Shown: one piece after another, positions 1-11,425 of the stretch
How the letters are laid out: each line of letters starts with the position of its first letter
Numbering within the stretch: the stretch's first letter is position 1
Assembly: GCA_963737155.1 (NCBI GenBank)
Contig: CAVTRN010000001.1
Coordinates: 1,216,001 to 1,280,000 of the forward strand
Length of the DNA stretch: 64,000 bases
From: Nitrospirota bacterium
Lineage (GTDB): Bacteria; Nitrospirota; UBA9217
Direction of reading: 5' to 3'
Translations under genes and position numbers: made by a program
Notes under the pieces: model-generated
What the model was told of the DNA's origin: nothing
What the model saw: the letters and a program-made list of their open reading frames with translations, nothing else
The model's database searches: none

Positions 1-758
1 TGGAAGAGCGGGGCTCAGCGACAAACCTGTATGCTGGTTTGGCGGCTATCGTGATTTTGGCATCGATAGGTTATTATATGGCGAGTCTGGGTGCCCAGAT
101 GAAAACCGCGTTCTGGCTAGGGATCGGCGTGCTGGTCCTGGCATGGTTTATCTATCTTATCGTCGCCGGCGCGCGCAACAAGTCCCAGGTCTTTCTCTTC
201 TGGTCATTCTGCGTAACGCTCGCCGTTGCTCTTCTTATTGCAATGGGCATCGATTTTGTTTACCTGGTTTCGTTCCAGCATCTCGCAACGGGTGAATCGT
301 TCAAAAAGCACATGTTCGAATCAACCTTTCTGAATTCATCCCCTGCAATATCCATTGTCAGCTGGCTGGTGGTCCTTGCGTTCTTTTCCTTTGTATGGTC
401 AAAGGGAATGGCGTTTAAAAATCTGCTTAAACCCTATATCCCGGCGCAAAACCTGCTTGATGACGTGACCTACCGCATGATCGCCATCGGCTGGCCACTC
501 CTGACCGCCGGCATTATCACCGGCGCGGTCTGGGCCAATAGCGCATGGGGCACCTACTGGAGCTGGGATCCGAAGGAGACATGGTCGCTCATCACCTGGT
601 TCATTTATGCCATCTATCTTCATGCTAGGTATGTGCGTGGATGGAAAGGGACCCAGATGGCGGTCATCTCCAGCGTCGGCTTCCTTGCAGTCATCTTCAC
701 GTACCTCGGCGTGAACCTCGTGCTTTCCGGTCTCCATTCCTATGGAGGCATCAATTAG
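1..758 (+). CDS. ccsA: Cytochrome c biogenesis protein CcsA/ResC (system II); 5' end probably outside the window
   Basis: WWD-domain motif [31 protein letters not shown] and C-terminal GLHSYG; multiple TM segments. Confidence 0.92.
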   Translation, partial: EERGSATNLYAGLAAIVILASIGYYMASLGAQMKTAFWLGIGVLVLAWFIYLIVAGARNKSQVFLFWSFCVTLAVALLIAMGIDFVYLVSFQHLATGESFKKHMFESTFLNSSPAISIVSWLVVLAFFSFVWSKGMAFKNLLKPYIPAQNLLDDVTYRMIAIGWPLLTAGIITGAVWANSAWGTYWSWDPKETWSLITWFIYAIYLHARYVRGWKGTQMAVISSVGFLAVIFTYLGVNLVLSGLHSYGGIN

Positions 759-810
759 AGCGGAAAGAAACTTGTCCGCGAGAAGCATCAAAGTACGACA
801 TTATTCCGGA

Positions 811-843
811 CGTCGGTTATCAGTTTGATAACCGACGTTTTGT
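811..843 (+). terminator. Probable intrinsic terminator after ccsA
   Basis: acgtcggttatca-gtt-tgataaccgacgt stem followed by T-rich tract. Confidence 0.6.
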
Positions 844-1284
844 TCTGGTATGTTAGGCATGACGCTCTGTATTTTCGCGAATGGGCAGATAAGGACACGG
901 TGTCTGGTCAGCGACTCGGAGGCGCAAATCCTCTGCAGGCTTTGATGGGATGAATCGTTAGCTGAACAGCAATAGTATCCGGGATGACTCGGAATCCGAA
1001 GGAAGCTGTTAGCAAGGCTCCAATCTAACTTAACAGAAACGACATACAGGCAGCCACATGTGCAAGAAATAGCCAAAAGACTCAAAGTCCAATGACCATT
1101 CGAAATGTGTCGCCAGTAATATATGCTGATTAGACTTGCCGTCCATGGAGAGGAAACCACGATTTGATATTGCTGTATGGTATTCATGATTCGCTTGCAA
1201 TTCACTACTTTTTTGTCACACTATTTAGAAGTGAATAATTTTGTTGTTAATTTGTCCGTTCCTTATTCATGCGAATGAAAGGCG

Positions 1285-1836
1285 ATGATGAAAGAATTTG
1301 TTCGCAGCCGCCTCTTGGATTTTTTTGACCCAACTAGCCTGCTAGGAGCATTGGTTTATGCTGTTATCTCCTTTGGGTTAGCCCTCTTCGCAGCCCGTCT
1401 CGTGCGCATTTCATTGAAGCGGGCTACGAAGTTTTTCCCCGATACCGCAGAAGCCATCTTTACCGCCCAACTCCTCCAAGTCCTTGTGTTTTTAACGGCC
1501 TTTATCCTATATGCCCATCTCATACCCGCCCTTCGATCGTTAGGGACCGCCTTACTGACCGGAGCGAGCATTGTTTCGGTCATTGTAGGTCTCGCGGCGC
1601 AGAACTTGCTGGGGAATGTGATCGCAGGTTTTTCGATATTTCTCTTCCAGCGGTTCCATGTTGGGGATCGCCTTCAGCTGAATACACCCAAAGGGATGAC
1701 GACTGGGACGGTTGAGGCGTTGACGCTTGGTTATATGACTCTTAGGACTTCTGATAACGAGGAAATTATGGTCCCTAATAGTGTAATGGCAACTTCCGTC
1801 CTTATTCGGCTACCTCCAATGGGGGACGAAGAGTAA
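1285..1836 (+). CDS. Small-conductance mechanosensitive channel (MscS family, short form)
   Basis: Three TM helices, then GLAAQNLLGNVIAG, FHVGD and IMVPNS motifs. Confidence 0.85.
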   Translation: MMKEFVRSRLLDFFDPTSLLGALVYAVISFGLALFAARLVRISLKRATKFFPDTAEAIFTAQLLQVLVFLTAFILYAHLIPALRSLGTALLTGASIVSVIVGLAAQNLLGNVIAGFSIFLFQRFHVGDRLQLNTPKGMTTGTVEALTLGYMTLRTSDNEEIMVPNSVMATSVLIRLPPMGDEE

Positions 1837-2277
1837 TATGTCTTTGATGCGAGAAGAAACCTTGCGGCAACGGCAAGATGGATTCCCGTATGATAGCAGA
1901 GCCGGCAATTAAGAGGGCTAGTTAATTATTCGCTGCTGCTCGACACTTCATCGTTAGGATGACGCGAGATATAGTTTAGCAACGGCTCGGTAGCTATTCG
2001 GTCGTCGCTATGCTGAACGTTACTCCCATAGCAGAATTTTACAAATATTTACTCGATTTTCCTCTTCCGATGCCTAATTTACCTGCTTACGGATCGAGCG
2101 CAGGGGATAGTTCTGAAGCATAACGGATTCAGGAGAGAGATAATGGAACATCGTTTCAGTATACACGACATTTCCACGTATTGTCGCTCCTTGAATACAT
2201 GAGTAGTGCTTGTATATATCATGTTATCGGTTCATTTTTGTAATGGGAAAAGGTGTTTTTTTATCCAAGAAGGAAAA

Positions 2278-2400
2278 ACGCTGCCGAGGCTGATACTGCT
2301 CGGGCTGAAAATGCCAGGGATGGATGGCATAGAGGTCCTGCGCAAAATACACTACGACGAGAGGTCGAACAGTATCCTCGTGGTTATTGTTCAAATCTAG
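2278..2400 (+). pseudogene. Response-regulator receiver-domain fragment
   Basis: LPRLILLGLKMPGMDGIEVLRKI resembles the receiver core, with the phospho-Asp replaced by G; no N-terminus, truncated. Confidence 0.65.
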
Positions 2401-2981
2401 AATCTGACTGACAGGTAGCCATTAACATGGCGGGAGCATGCAGTTTTCTGCGCAAACTATTCGGAACTCGATCAACCATGAAGGATTTAGAACACGTATT
2501 AATACAGACGCTTAGAATATTGTGACAATTTCGCAAAAGTATTTCTATGAAATTAACATGTTGTCCTCTTTTATTGATACAAAATATTATGCGTTTGCAT
2601 TAGTATGCTGGTTGGGTCAGAATGCCCCTTCCGTGACGAAATCAATATGATTTTTTATTTCCACGAGAAAGAGCTAAGAGTTTCGACCAATCACCATTAC
2701 GCGGTCATAGGTGCTCATGTTGAGGTTCAGGATCGATTAAAAGTAAAGAATTACAATTGAAATAGGCAGGGCGGGAGCCTACATGAATTCTGCAGTCAAT
2801 GCGAGTTTTACGGACATACGGAATTCTTTTTTAAATTAACTATCTCGATCCCGATTATGCGCATATCATCGCGGAGTCTGGGGACGCCTGCTGCACTGCC
2901 AACCTCTTACTCGCACTTCGAGAAAAGGAGGAACGGCGTTTCACGGAATCCTCTGATATACTTATGGAAGGAGGGATATAG

Positions 2982-3662
2982 ATGCATCGTGCTATTGCTT
3001 TTTCCCTGATGGTAGTTTTGACCATGTCGGCGGGTTGTGCATCAGCGCCGCCCAAAGATGTGCGATTCTCTTGGAAGTTTTACAGTGCCCCGACTCTCTC
3101 ACCGGAAACGTTCTTCGGCCAGAGTGTTGCAATTTTCCCGACCGCAAGCATTAAATATGATCCCTCTCAAGAGATATATCGCGAAACCCTTTCGGGTATT
3201 CTCTATACAGCGCTAAGCAAATATTCCGACGGACCGCGCATTTTATCGTTCGATGCCGTTCAGAGCGGCATCAATAAAAAAGAACTCTGGAACGACTTCA
3301 AGCTCATGTATAGCGAATATCAGAAAACGGCCGTGCTTCGAGAAGATCTTTTGTCGAAGATCGGCCAGGCGGTAGGCGCACGCTACGTCATCGTTCCGCA
3401 GCTTCTCAGGTTCCAGTCGGAGACCTTTGACCGCGCCGTTATCTTTGGAGTCTCTTTTCTGCGGACTCGCCAGTCGAGCGTCGATATTCACGTGCAAATA
3501 TGGGACACGGTCACGGGCGAAGTGGTCTGGGAAGGCGCTAGCGAAGGAACCACTGCATCAGAGGTCGTCCGGAGCCAGCCAGCAAGTTTTATGGCGGTGG
3601 CAGAAAACGCCTGCGAGAGCTTGGTCTCGAGAATGCCATGGGTGAAGACTGAGAATCGGTAA
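2982..3662 (+). CDS. Hypothetical lipoprotein, copy 1 (CsgG/LpoB-like fold suspected)
   Basis: Lipobox SAGC, good RBS (ggaggg), C-terminal QIWDTVTGEVVW pattern. Confidence 0.75.
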   Translation: MHRAIAFSLMVVLTMSAGCASAPPKDVRFSWKFYSAPTLSPETFFGQSVAIFPTASIKYDPSQEIYRETLSGILYTALSKYSDGPRILSFDAVQSGINKKELWNDFKLMYSEYQKTAVLREDLLSKIGQAVGARYVIVPQLLRFQSETFDRAVIFGVSFLRTRQSSVDIHVQIWDTVTGEVVWEGASEGTTASEVVRSQPASFMAVAENACESLVSRMPWVKTENR

Positions 3663-3676
3663 TCGCGCTCTTCGTT

Positions 3677-3904
3677 GTGGTCAATCAAGACATGCTGGAA
3701 GGTGCCGGCACACCAGATTTGGCGTTAATAACGACGTGCGGCGTAGTTCTTTCTACGGTACGCTGGGTCTATTCACTTGCGGTTATATATGGTGCGTGCG
3801 CGGTCGGAGATGCAGAAGTGAACCGCGTGCTGATGGATAAGGTTCTCCCCTGGCAGGCTACTTTCGTGACCACGCGAGAATTACTTCAATGCTTTCGTTG
3901 TTAA
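3677..3904 (+). pseudogene. Isochorismatase/cysteine hydrolase C-terminal fragment
   Basis: TCGVVLSTVR...ACA.GD.EVNRVLMDKVLPWQATFVT resembles the family C-terminus; N-terminus missing. Confidence 0.6.
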
Positions 3905-4159
3905 AGATGTAAAGCGATGATAGTGGGGTTAATCTGGGGATGAAACGCGCAAGATGTCCTTTTGAATCCTGCAGTCAATGCGAGTTTTGCGAACATGCGG
4001 AGTTCTTTTCGAATATTAATTATCCCACCCCGGTTCATTCGCATATCATCGCAAAATTAGGAGACACCCGCCGAACTACCGCTCGCTTACTCGGACATCG
4101 AGACAAGGAGGAACGGCGTTCCCCGGAAACCTTTGATATCCTTATGGAAGGAGGGATAT

Positions 4160-4840
4160 ATGCATCGCGTTATTGCTTTTTCCCTGATGGCAATTTTGAC
4201 AATTTCGGCGGGTTGTGCATCAGCGCCGCCCAAAGATGTACGCTTCTCCTGGAAGTTTTACAGTGCCCCGACGCTCTCACCGGAAACGTTCTTCGGTCAG
4301 AGTGTCGCAATTTTCCCAACCGCAAGTATTAAATACGATCCCACCCAAGAGATATATCGCGAAACCCTTTCGGGAGTCCTCTATACGGCGCTAAGCAAAT
4401 ATTCCGACGGACCGCGCATTTTATCATTCGATGCCGTTCAGAGTAGCATCAATAAAAAAGAACTCTGGAACGATTTCAAGCTCATGTACAGCGAATATCA
4501 GAAAACTGCCGTGTTGCGGGAAGACTTTCTGTCGAAGATCGGCCAAGCGGTAGACGCACGCTACGTCATCGTTCCGCAGCTTCTCAGGTTCCAGTCGGAG
4601 ACCTTTGACCGCGCCGTTATCCTGGGGGTCTCTTTTCTCCGGACCCGCCAGTCGAGCGTTGATATCCACGTGCAAATATGGGACACGGTCACGGGCGAAG
4701 TGGTCTGGGATGGCGCCACTGAAGGCTCAACTGCATCAGAGGTCGTCCGGAGCCAGTCGGCAAGTTTTATGGCGGTGGCAGAAAACGCCTGCGAGAGCCT
4801 GGTGTCGAGAATGCCATGGATAAAGACTGAGAAGAAGTAG
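4160..4840 (+). CDS. Hypothetical lipoprotein, copy 2 (close paralogue of 2982-3662)
   Basis: Nearly identical protein; start set at MHRVIAF by alignment to copy 1. Confidence 0.75.
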   Translation: MHRVIAFSLMAILTISAGCASAPPKDVRFSWKFYSAPTLSPETFFGQSVAIFPTASIKYDPTQEIYRETLSGVLYTALSKYSDGPRILSFDAVQSSINKKELWNDFKLMYSEYQKTAVLREDFLSKIGQAVDARYVIVPQLLRFQSETFDRAVILGVSFLRTRQSSVDIHVQIWDTVTGEVVWDGATEGSTASEVVRSQSASFMAVAENACESLVSRMPWIKTEKK

Positions 4841-4986
4841 ACGTGCGGGCGGAGAACATGAAATCGGAGAAGGTCGAGAAAGCAGGAGCTAAAGGTTGTT
4901 GTTGGGATTTATGACCTTTTACGTTATTCGAAAAGGATGTATCTCGTTTAACAATGATAGAGAAAATAGCAGGTAAAAAATAGGAT

Positions 4987-5397
4987 ATGAAATGGATAAT
5001 CACAAATAAGCAAACATGCCTAAATCTTATTAGCGCCATAATCCTGGTGGTTGGCTTGGGGGGTGCCATCTTAATTTATCTGATGGCTGAAAATAATCCG
5101 GGAAACATATTGGGATACGAAGTAGCAGGTGGTGCCGTATATCCTGTTACTCCTGAAAATACCAAGATTTACGAGCGTGATTTGGAACTCTATGGCGGCA
5201 AAGCGGCCGTACTTACGAATGAATTCAGATATTGGTTTATCGGGTTATGGCATGGAAAATCACTTGCATTCACAGTTGCCTGCATTACCATTTTAATATC
5301 CTTTGGGGTTTTCTTTTTTGCCAATCATATCTCATCCGATTTAACATCTAATCCCCGAGACAAAAACAATCGCCGCGGAAAATATTTCAACCCGTAG
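4987..5397 (+). CDS. Hypothetical two-TM membrane protein
   Basis: Two hydrophobic segments flanking a loop KIYERDLELYGGKAAV; RBS present. Confidence 0.6.
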   Translation: MKWIITNKQTCLNLISAIILVVGLGGAILIYLMAENNPGNILGYEVAGGAVYPVTPENTKIYERDLELYGGKAAVLTNEFRYWFIGLWHGKSLAFTVACITILISFGVFFFANHISSDLTSNPRDKNNRRGKYFNP

Positions 5398-5708
5398 CCG
5401 TATGAAGTAATGTATAAGAGTGGGGCGCCAGGACAGATTCTCCCTGGTGGTCCGAATTCGACTGTCATATTTTAAGAGTGATTATTTCGCGTATAACTAT
5501 GTGGCATGGTGAATTACTTAAAGCGGTGTGGGATTTAAAATCATTTATTAATGGTTTCATAATTGTCTGCATATACTACCGACCGTACTCCACACTTTTT
5601 TTTATTGGGGATTCAGAAGCAAGCACGGATGAGGCTGGATCCCTCCACATAGTCGACGTGGAGAGATGATAGAGCCAGAATTCGTTCGCTTTTATCACTT
5701 GACAACTC

Positions 5709-7265
5709 TTGCTCTGTCACTATAATCACCAGATTGTGCAACAGGAATTCCCCGATATACCACCTGCGACTCCGGCCGAAGTCAAGACTGTTCTCGCCGG
5801 CTTGATGTTAGCGCTCATGCTCGCTTCGCTCGACCAGAACATCGTCGGTGTTGCGTTGCCGAGGATCGTGAGCGACTTGGGTGGCCTTTCACATCTGTCG
5901 TGGGTTGTCACGTCATTCATGCTTACTTCAACGACTACTACACCCCTTTACGGTAAGCTGAGTGACATGTATGGCCGCAAACCGTTGTTTATCACAGCGA
6001 TCCTCATCTTCCTTGTTGGGTCTTGCCTTTGCGGGCTGTCTGGATCTATGACCCAGCTCGTCGTATTTCGTGGGATTCAAGGGCTTGGCGGGGGCGGCCT
6101 TATAACGCTCGCGATGACGACCATAGCTGACCTCGTCGCGCCGCGCGAGCGCGGCCGCTACCAGGGCTACTTTGGCGCGGTTTTTGCCTTCTCAAGCATC
6201 GCGGGCCCGCTTCTGGGCGGATTTATCACCGAGGCCCTATCATGGAGATGGATTTTCTATGTCAATCTGCCGATCGGCGCTCTTGCCTTGCTTTTTTTTA
6301 TTTTCGGATTTCACCGCCCTAGCCACGTCGTTTCTCACCGGATAGATTATGCGGGAGCGGCATTGCTCACCGTAGCAACGGTCGCTCTTCTTTTGGTGCT
6401 GACCTGGGGAGGCGTGCAGTACGCTTGGTCGTCGCCGCTCATTTTGGGCTTGGCCGTATCGGTTATCGTGCTAGTCTTGCTCCTCGTCCTTGCGGAAGGC
6501 CGATCCATGGAGCCGGTGCTCCCTCCTCACATCCTTCAAAACAGGGTTTTCATGATAGCTACGAGCGTCATGTTTCTTACATTTATGGGACTGTTCGGCG
6601 TCGCCATTTTCCTTCCGCTTTTTTTCCAGCTTGTTCTCGGATTCACGCCCGCGGGCGCCGGGCTCATGCTCGCGCCCATGACCGGCGGTGTGGTCGTGGC
6701 ATCTTTCCTCGGAGGACGCCTCGTGTCTCGCACCGGACGGTATAAGATATTCCCTGTTGTGGGGCTGGCCGCGGCAACGCTTGCGTTTCTATCAGTCATG
6801 TGGGCGGCCGTCGTGGGAGCAAGTGTCAGCTTCGTCGAAGTCTCGCTCGTCGTCCTCGGCATGGGCTTCGGTCTCGTCATGCCGAACCTCATGGTCGCAA
6901 TTCAGAACGCCGTTCTGCCTATTGAACTGGGCTCAGCAACGGCCGCCTCGACTTTCTTCCGATCGCTTGGCGGCACTTTCGGTGTCGCAATCTCGGGCGC
7001 CATCATGACGGCTCAGTTGCAGGCATCGCATTCGGAGAAGTGGACGAGAATGGGGAATGGGGCGCGGTCTCTGCTCGAACAGGGGATTCAGCAGATCAAA
7101 CAGCTGCCGGTCGTTCAGAAAGAGTTAGTCATTGGAGCATACAGGCATGCGATTAGCACCACGTTTCTGCTCGGGTCGGCTATCATTGCACTCGCGTTCA
7201 TCCTGGTACTCTTTCTCCCTGAGCATCCGCTTAAAACCTCTCGTGGATTATCTGATCGACAGTAG
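5709..7265 (+). CDS. MFS multidrug efflux transporter, DHA2 (EmrB/QacA) family; start uncertain
   Basis: LASLDQNIV, GKLSDMYGRK, GPLLGG and WRWIFYVNLPIG motifs; many TM helices. Confidence 0.92.
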   Translation: MLCHYNHQIVQQEFPDIPPATPAEVKTVLAGLMLALMLASLDQNIVGVALPRIVSDLGGLSHLSWVVTSFMLTSTTTTPLYGKLSDMYGRKPLFITAILIFLVGSCLCGLSGSMTQLVVFRGIQGLGGGGLITLAMTTIADLVAPRERGRYQGYFGAVFAFSSIAGPLLGGFITEALSWRWIFYVNLPIGALALLFFIFGFHRPSHVVSHRIDYAGAALLTVATVALLLVLTWGGVQYAWSSPLILGLAVSVIVLVLLLVLAEGRSMEPVLPPHILQNRVFMIATSVMFLTFMGLFGVAIFLPLFFQLVLGFTPAGAGLMLAPMTGGVVVASFLGGRLVSRTGRYKIFPVVGLAAATLAFLSVMWAAVVGASVSFVEVSLVVLGMGFGLVMPNLMVAIQNAVLPIELGSATAASTFFRSLGGTFGVAISGAIMTAQLQASHSEKWTRMGNGARSLLEQGIQQIKQLPVVQKELVIGAYRHAISTTFLLGSAIIALAFILVLFLPEHPLKTSRGLSDRQ

Positions 7266-7807
7266 AATCTTCGTTGCGTCGAAGCTCCTGTCTGTTCAGA
7301 ACATTCAGCGACAGCGCCGATGCCTTGGGGAAAATGTTCACGACGGCTGGTGCGCTCGCCGTCGGGCAGCCGATCTACGACGTACCAAATGGTTGGAGTG
7401 GCAGCTTTCTGATAACAGGCATTCCGATGATTTTACTCGCCCATCGAGCTCATCTCTGGCAACAAGAATCGTTGGTACGCCTGATGTAACGCACCTCCGC
7501 ATCAGGATGACGAAGTTGGGTGATGTGTTCAAATCACACAGGTACGCCGTTCATGTAGAATGTTAAAGTGTATTTTTTAGCTAATATTCTGTACCCCTAT
7601 TTATCGGTCATCACTACATGATAGTAACATGCCGTTTATATGCCGTGAATATCGTAAAGTTAGCCGATCCAATTCCAACCGTGTGAGTTCGGCATTTCAC
7701 CCGCATAGCACGAAGGAGGCGTGAGGAGTAATCCAGAGCGTTAAGTTATCCCAGGATGATGACGAAAAATAAAATAAAACCTGTCGCGGGCAATTCCTCG
7801 AGTCTAG

Positions 7808-9427
7808 CTATCGCTTTACCGAAACATCAACGAGTTTGTCAATGGAATAGATGGGATAGATTTTGAAATCCCTTACCCAGGGTTGGATTACATAATAATC
7901 TGCCCGGTGCCACATGAAAACCCATGGTGCGTTCCGGATAATCCTGTCTTCCGCCTGCCGGTAGAGGCGGTATCGCTGCCGCTCGTTCATAGTGCGTTGG
8001 GCGGTCTCGATCAAATGGTCAAGTTCGGGGTCCAGACACCGCGTCTGGTTACCCCCGGCGCCGACACTTTTTGAGTCGAAAAGGGGATACAGGAAGTCCT
8101 CCGGATCAGGGTAGTCGGCCCACCAGGAAAGCCAGAAAGCATTGGGCTCTCCTTCATTTACCGCATTTTTAAACGCGCTCCAGTCCAGCTGTATTATTTC
8201 AGCTTTGAGGCCAATCTTCGCAAGATACTCCTGGATGACCGTGACGATATCGAGGACCTCCGGTTCGGCGGAGACGTAAATTTTGATCGTTGCTCCTTCT
8301 GCGCCTGCTTGTCGGATCAATTCCCTTGCCTTCTGAGGATCATAGTCGTAGCCCTTGAAAGCCTGCGGTAGCACATGGTTCTTCCACAAGCCCGGCGGGA
8401 TTGGTCCAACAGATAGCACGCCCCTTCGTTCGAAGACTGTGTTCAGAATATGTTTCCGGTCTATGCCGTAATTAACCGCCTCTCTGACCCTGATGTCGTT
8501 AAAGGGCGGCCGTGTACAGTTGAGTCCCAGGTAATAACTGTTCAGGCCCGGTTTGGTGTACACAAGGTCGCGCCATGCAGGGTCCGTGGTGAAATGCCGG
8601 TACTCCGATGAAGGTATGAGCAGGACGTCTAGCCGTCCTGTTTCGAACTCCACCACCGCGGTAAGGTCCTCCGGTATGACACGGTAGTAAATACCGCTCA
8701 GCTTGGACCGGCCCTCGAAATAATCTTCACGGGAAGTGAGGATGAGGTGTTGACCATGTTTCCATTCATGCAGAATATAGGGCCCGGTTCCGACGGGATG
8801 AGTGCCGAAATCCTGTCGGAGCCGCTCCACATCTTCCTTGGGAATGATATAGGCCGTGGTCATGGCGAGGAGCGATAGGAACGGTCCGTATGGATTCTGA
8901 AGCCTGATCGTCAGAGTCTGGTCGTTCACCACGTGGATGCCCGATACATGCACCGCTTTCCCGGCAGTTACATCCGAAGCTCCCTCGATCTTGTCGAGGA
9001 CCCACGTGAGGGGAGCTTTTGTCTGGGGCGCGAGCACCCGCTCGAAGGAATACTTGACGTCTTGGGCCGTGACTCGCCGGCCGTTGCTGAACGTCACGTC
9101 GTAGCGGAGCCTGAAGCTATAAGTCAGCTGATCGTCGGAAAGCTTCCATGCCTGGGCAATATCGGGGACGATGTCGAGATTCTCGTTAAAGCGAACCAAG
9201 CCGTTAAAGAGTTTCGCGGCGATGCCGCCGCCCTGAACATCGGTAATAAGCGCGGGGTCGAGTGTGGTCGGATTGTTGTCTAAGCGGAGATAGAGGTAGC
9301 CGGTTAGACGGCCGTCGTCGGACGTGTGACAGCTGGAGAATAACGACGCAAGCAGGAATACAAGGATGAGGCGGAAAGTCGCCTGGCACGAGGCAGTAAT
9401 TCCCCGACCGCTATTTTTTCGCGGCAT
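7808..9427 (-). CDS. Peptide/nickel ABC transporter substrate-binding lipoprotein (family 5, DppA/OppA-like)
   Basis: TLDPA, YSFRLRYDVTFSNG..VTAQDVKYSF, PVGTGPY, WWADYPDP; lipobox LFSSC. Confidence 0.9.
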   Translation of the reverse strand: MPRKNSGRGITASCQATFRLILVFLLASLFSSCHTSDDGRLTGYLYLRLDNNPTTLDPALITDVQGGGIAAKLFNGLVRFNENLDIVPDIAQAWKLSDDQLTYSFRLRYDVTFSNGRRVTAQDVKYSFERVLAPQTKAPLTWVLDKIEGASDVTAGKAVHVSGIHVVNDQTLTIRLQNPYGPFLSLLAMTTAYIIPKEDVERLRQDFGTHPVGTGPYILHEWKHGQHLILTSREDYFEGRSKLSGIYYRVIPEDLTAVVEFETGRLDVLLIPSSEYRHFTTDPAWRDLVYTKPGLNSYYLGLNCTRPPFNDIRVREAVNYGIDRKHILNTVFERRGVLSVGPIPPGLWKNHVLPQAFKGYDYDPQKARELIRQAGAEGATIKIYVSAEPEVLDIVTVIQEYLAKIGLKAEIIQLDWSAFKNAVNEGEPNAFWLSWWADYPDPEDFLYPLFDSKSVGAGGNQTRCLDPELDHLIETAQRTMNERQRYRLYRQAEDRIIRNAPWVFMWHRADYYVIQPWVRDFKIYPIYSIDKLVDVSVKR

Positions 9428-10118
9428 TGACAAATGCGGTGAATAGTTTCCTGGTATATCGATCATTAGGGTTTTTTTCCGGATGCCATTGAACGGCAAT
9501 TAGAAAATGGTCCATTCTCGGCTCAAGAGCCTCGATTACGCTGTCGCGTGCGACTGCCGAAAGATGGAGACCGCGGCCGGGGTTTTTCACGCTCTGGTGG
9601 TGAGAACTGCGCACGCGGATGCGCGAAGCGCCCATGATGCGAGAAAGCATTGTGCCTTCAAGGATATCGACATGGTGAAATACTTTCTCTCCCGGCCGGT
9701 CCGGTCCATGTTCGATAGGATCGGGTACCTGTCTGGAGATGTCCTGATAAAGCTTGCCGCCTAGTGATATATTAACCAGCTGAGCGCCATAGCAGATGGC
9801 GAGAACCGGCTTGTGCATCTTTGCCACGGCTTTAAAAAGACTTATTTCGAATTTGGTGCGTTCATCAGGCGAGATTGTTAGGTTTGCGCCGGGCAGAGGT
9901 TTCTCCCCGTAAAAGTGGGGATGGATGTCATCGCCGCCGGTAAAGATGAACCCATCCAAACGTCTGACCAGATCGGGGATGGAATCATCGATGCCGAGAA
10001 TCGGCACGGGAACACCACCTGCATGAATGACGGCCCTCCCATAGTCCTGATCAAGGATGTTCATGTTCCTCGCAGGCCGGATATCGAGCTGCATAGTTAT
10101 TCCAATTAAGGGTTTCAT
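9411..10118 (-). CDS. Gamma-glutamyl-GABA hydrolase-like class I glutamine amidotransferase (peptidase C26/PuuD family)
   Basis: KPLIGIT, TGGDDIHP, AICYGAQ nucleophile, SSHHQ, VQWHPE. Confidence 0.88.
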   Translation of the reverse strand: MKPLIGITMQLDIRPARNMNILDQDYGRAVIHAGGVPVPILGIDDSIPDLVRRLDGFIFTGGDDIHPHFYGEKPLPGANLTISPDERTKFEISLFKAVAKMHKPVLAICYGAQLVNISLGGKLYQDISRQVPDPIEHGPDRPGEKVFHHVDILEGTMLSRIMGASRIRVRSSHHQSVKNPGRGLHLSAVARDSVIEALEPRMDHFLIAVQWHPEKNPNDRYTRKLFTAFVNAAKK

Positions 10119-10436
10119 CTGATTACCTCCCCAATAGCTGTACGTATTCGCATGGGGTACTTATAGCATATTTGAGGGAGCTTGTCAGCGTGAGATTACA
10201 ATTTGAGATTTATTAAACGCAAATCAGAAATTGCAATTTTCTGCTTCTGTAATTTTATGCACGTGGTAATGGAGCAACATAAAGTAATCATCGTAAATCG
10301 CACTTCCGAGGAAGGAGCGTGAAACCTCGACACTCAGACTTGAAACCTTTTTAACTTCACCATTTCTCGTGGACGGTTATTCAAAATATTTGAAAAAACA
10401 GTCACTATAATAGGTGTTGTTACGCATGGGTTGAAA

Positions 10437-11357
10437 TTATTGTATGAGCATTTCCAGAACTGCTTTTTGCGCATGCAGCCGGTTCTCAGCTTCGTCAAAT
10501 ACAACAGACTGCGGCCCGTCGATGACGTCCGCAGAAATTTCTTCGCCGCGGTGAGCGGGGAGGCAATGCATCACAATTGCCTTGGGATGTGCAGCCTTCA
10601 TCAGACTGGTATTCACCTGGTATCCCTTGAAATCCCGCACCCGGACCGCATGTTCGGCTTCTTGGCCCATGCTTGCCCAGACATCAGTATAAACGGCATC
10701 AGCATTCTTGACCGCCTTGAGAGGATTGTTGACGACTGTGAGCTCCGATCCGGTCCGAGCTGCCTCCTGTTTCGCACCGCGTATGACCCTGGCGTCCGGC
10801 TCGTAGCCGTGTGGGCAACCGATGGAAATGTGCATGCCCGCCTTGATGCAGATCTCGATGAGTGAGTTAGCAACGTTGTTGCCATCGCCGATGTAAGCAA
10901 GCTTCAGACCTTTCAACTTGCCTTTTATCTCCTGGATGGTCATCAGGTCGGCAAGCGCTTGGCAGGGGTGGTGGAGGTCGGACAGACCATTGATAACCGG
11001 GATCGATGCATGGCGAGCCAGTTCCTCAACCGTGGATTGGGCAAAGGTCCGTATCATGATGCCATCTAGGTAGCGCGAGAGTGTGCGCGCCGTGTCGGCA
11101 ATCGGTTCGCCGCGGCCGATTTGGAGATCGTTAGACGATAGAAACAGCGCCTGGCCGCCGAGCTGATACATGCCGACCTCAAAGGATACCCGCGTTCTCG
11201 TCGAAGACTTTTCGAAGATCATGCCAAGGGATTTCCCCTTTAGCGTCTGGCGGGATTTGCCTTGCCGCTGCATTTTTTTCAGAACTCTGGCTCGCTTCAA
11301 AATATTTTCTAGGTCCTTCGTGGTCAGGTCTGCAATTGCCAACAGGTCTTTTTTCAT
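10437..11357 (-). CDS. argF: Ornithine carbamoyltransferase
   Basis: FEKSSTRTR, HPCQ, DVWASMG, HCLP, AENRLH. Confidence 0.96.
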   Translation of the reverse strand: MKKDLLAIADLTTKDLENILKRARVLKKMQRQGKSRQTLKGKSLGMIFEKSSTRTRVSFEVGMYQLGGQALFLSSNDLQIGRGEPIADTARTLSRYLDGIMIRTFAQSTVEELARHASIPVINGLSDLHHPCQALADLMTIQEIKGKLKGLKLAYIGDGNNVANSLIEICIKAGMHISIGCPHGYEPDARVIRGAKQEAARTGSELTVVNNPLKAVKNADAVYTDVWASMGQEAEHAVRVRDFKGYQVNTSLMKAAHPKAIVMHCLPAHRGEEISADVIDGPQSVVFDEAENRLHAQKAVLEMLIQ

Positions 11358-11425
11358 CGTTCTCTCCAAAACGTAAGAGGCGGCTAAGGCAGCCGCCTTT
11401 CTATTTTACGAGCATGCATCGGTTT

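Larger units (their letters stand above)
2785..4832 (+). repeat. Direct duplication of an ~870-bp unit (2785-3654 and 3964-4832)
   Basis: Both copies begin gaa(t/c)ctgcagtcaatgcgagtttt and end aagactgaga; offset ~1178 bp; each has ~200 bp upstream sequence plus the lipoprotein gene. Confidence 0.92.

Noticed and set aside
3940-4332. 130-aa Cys-rich ORF as an intact gene
   Set aside because: Its 3' half overlaps the lipoprotein out of frame because the stop present in copy 1 was lost
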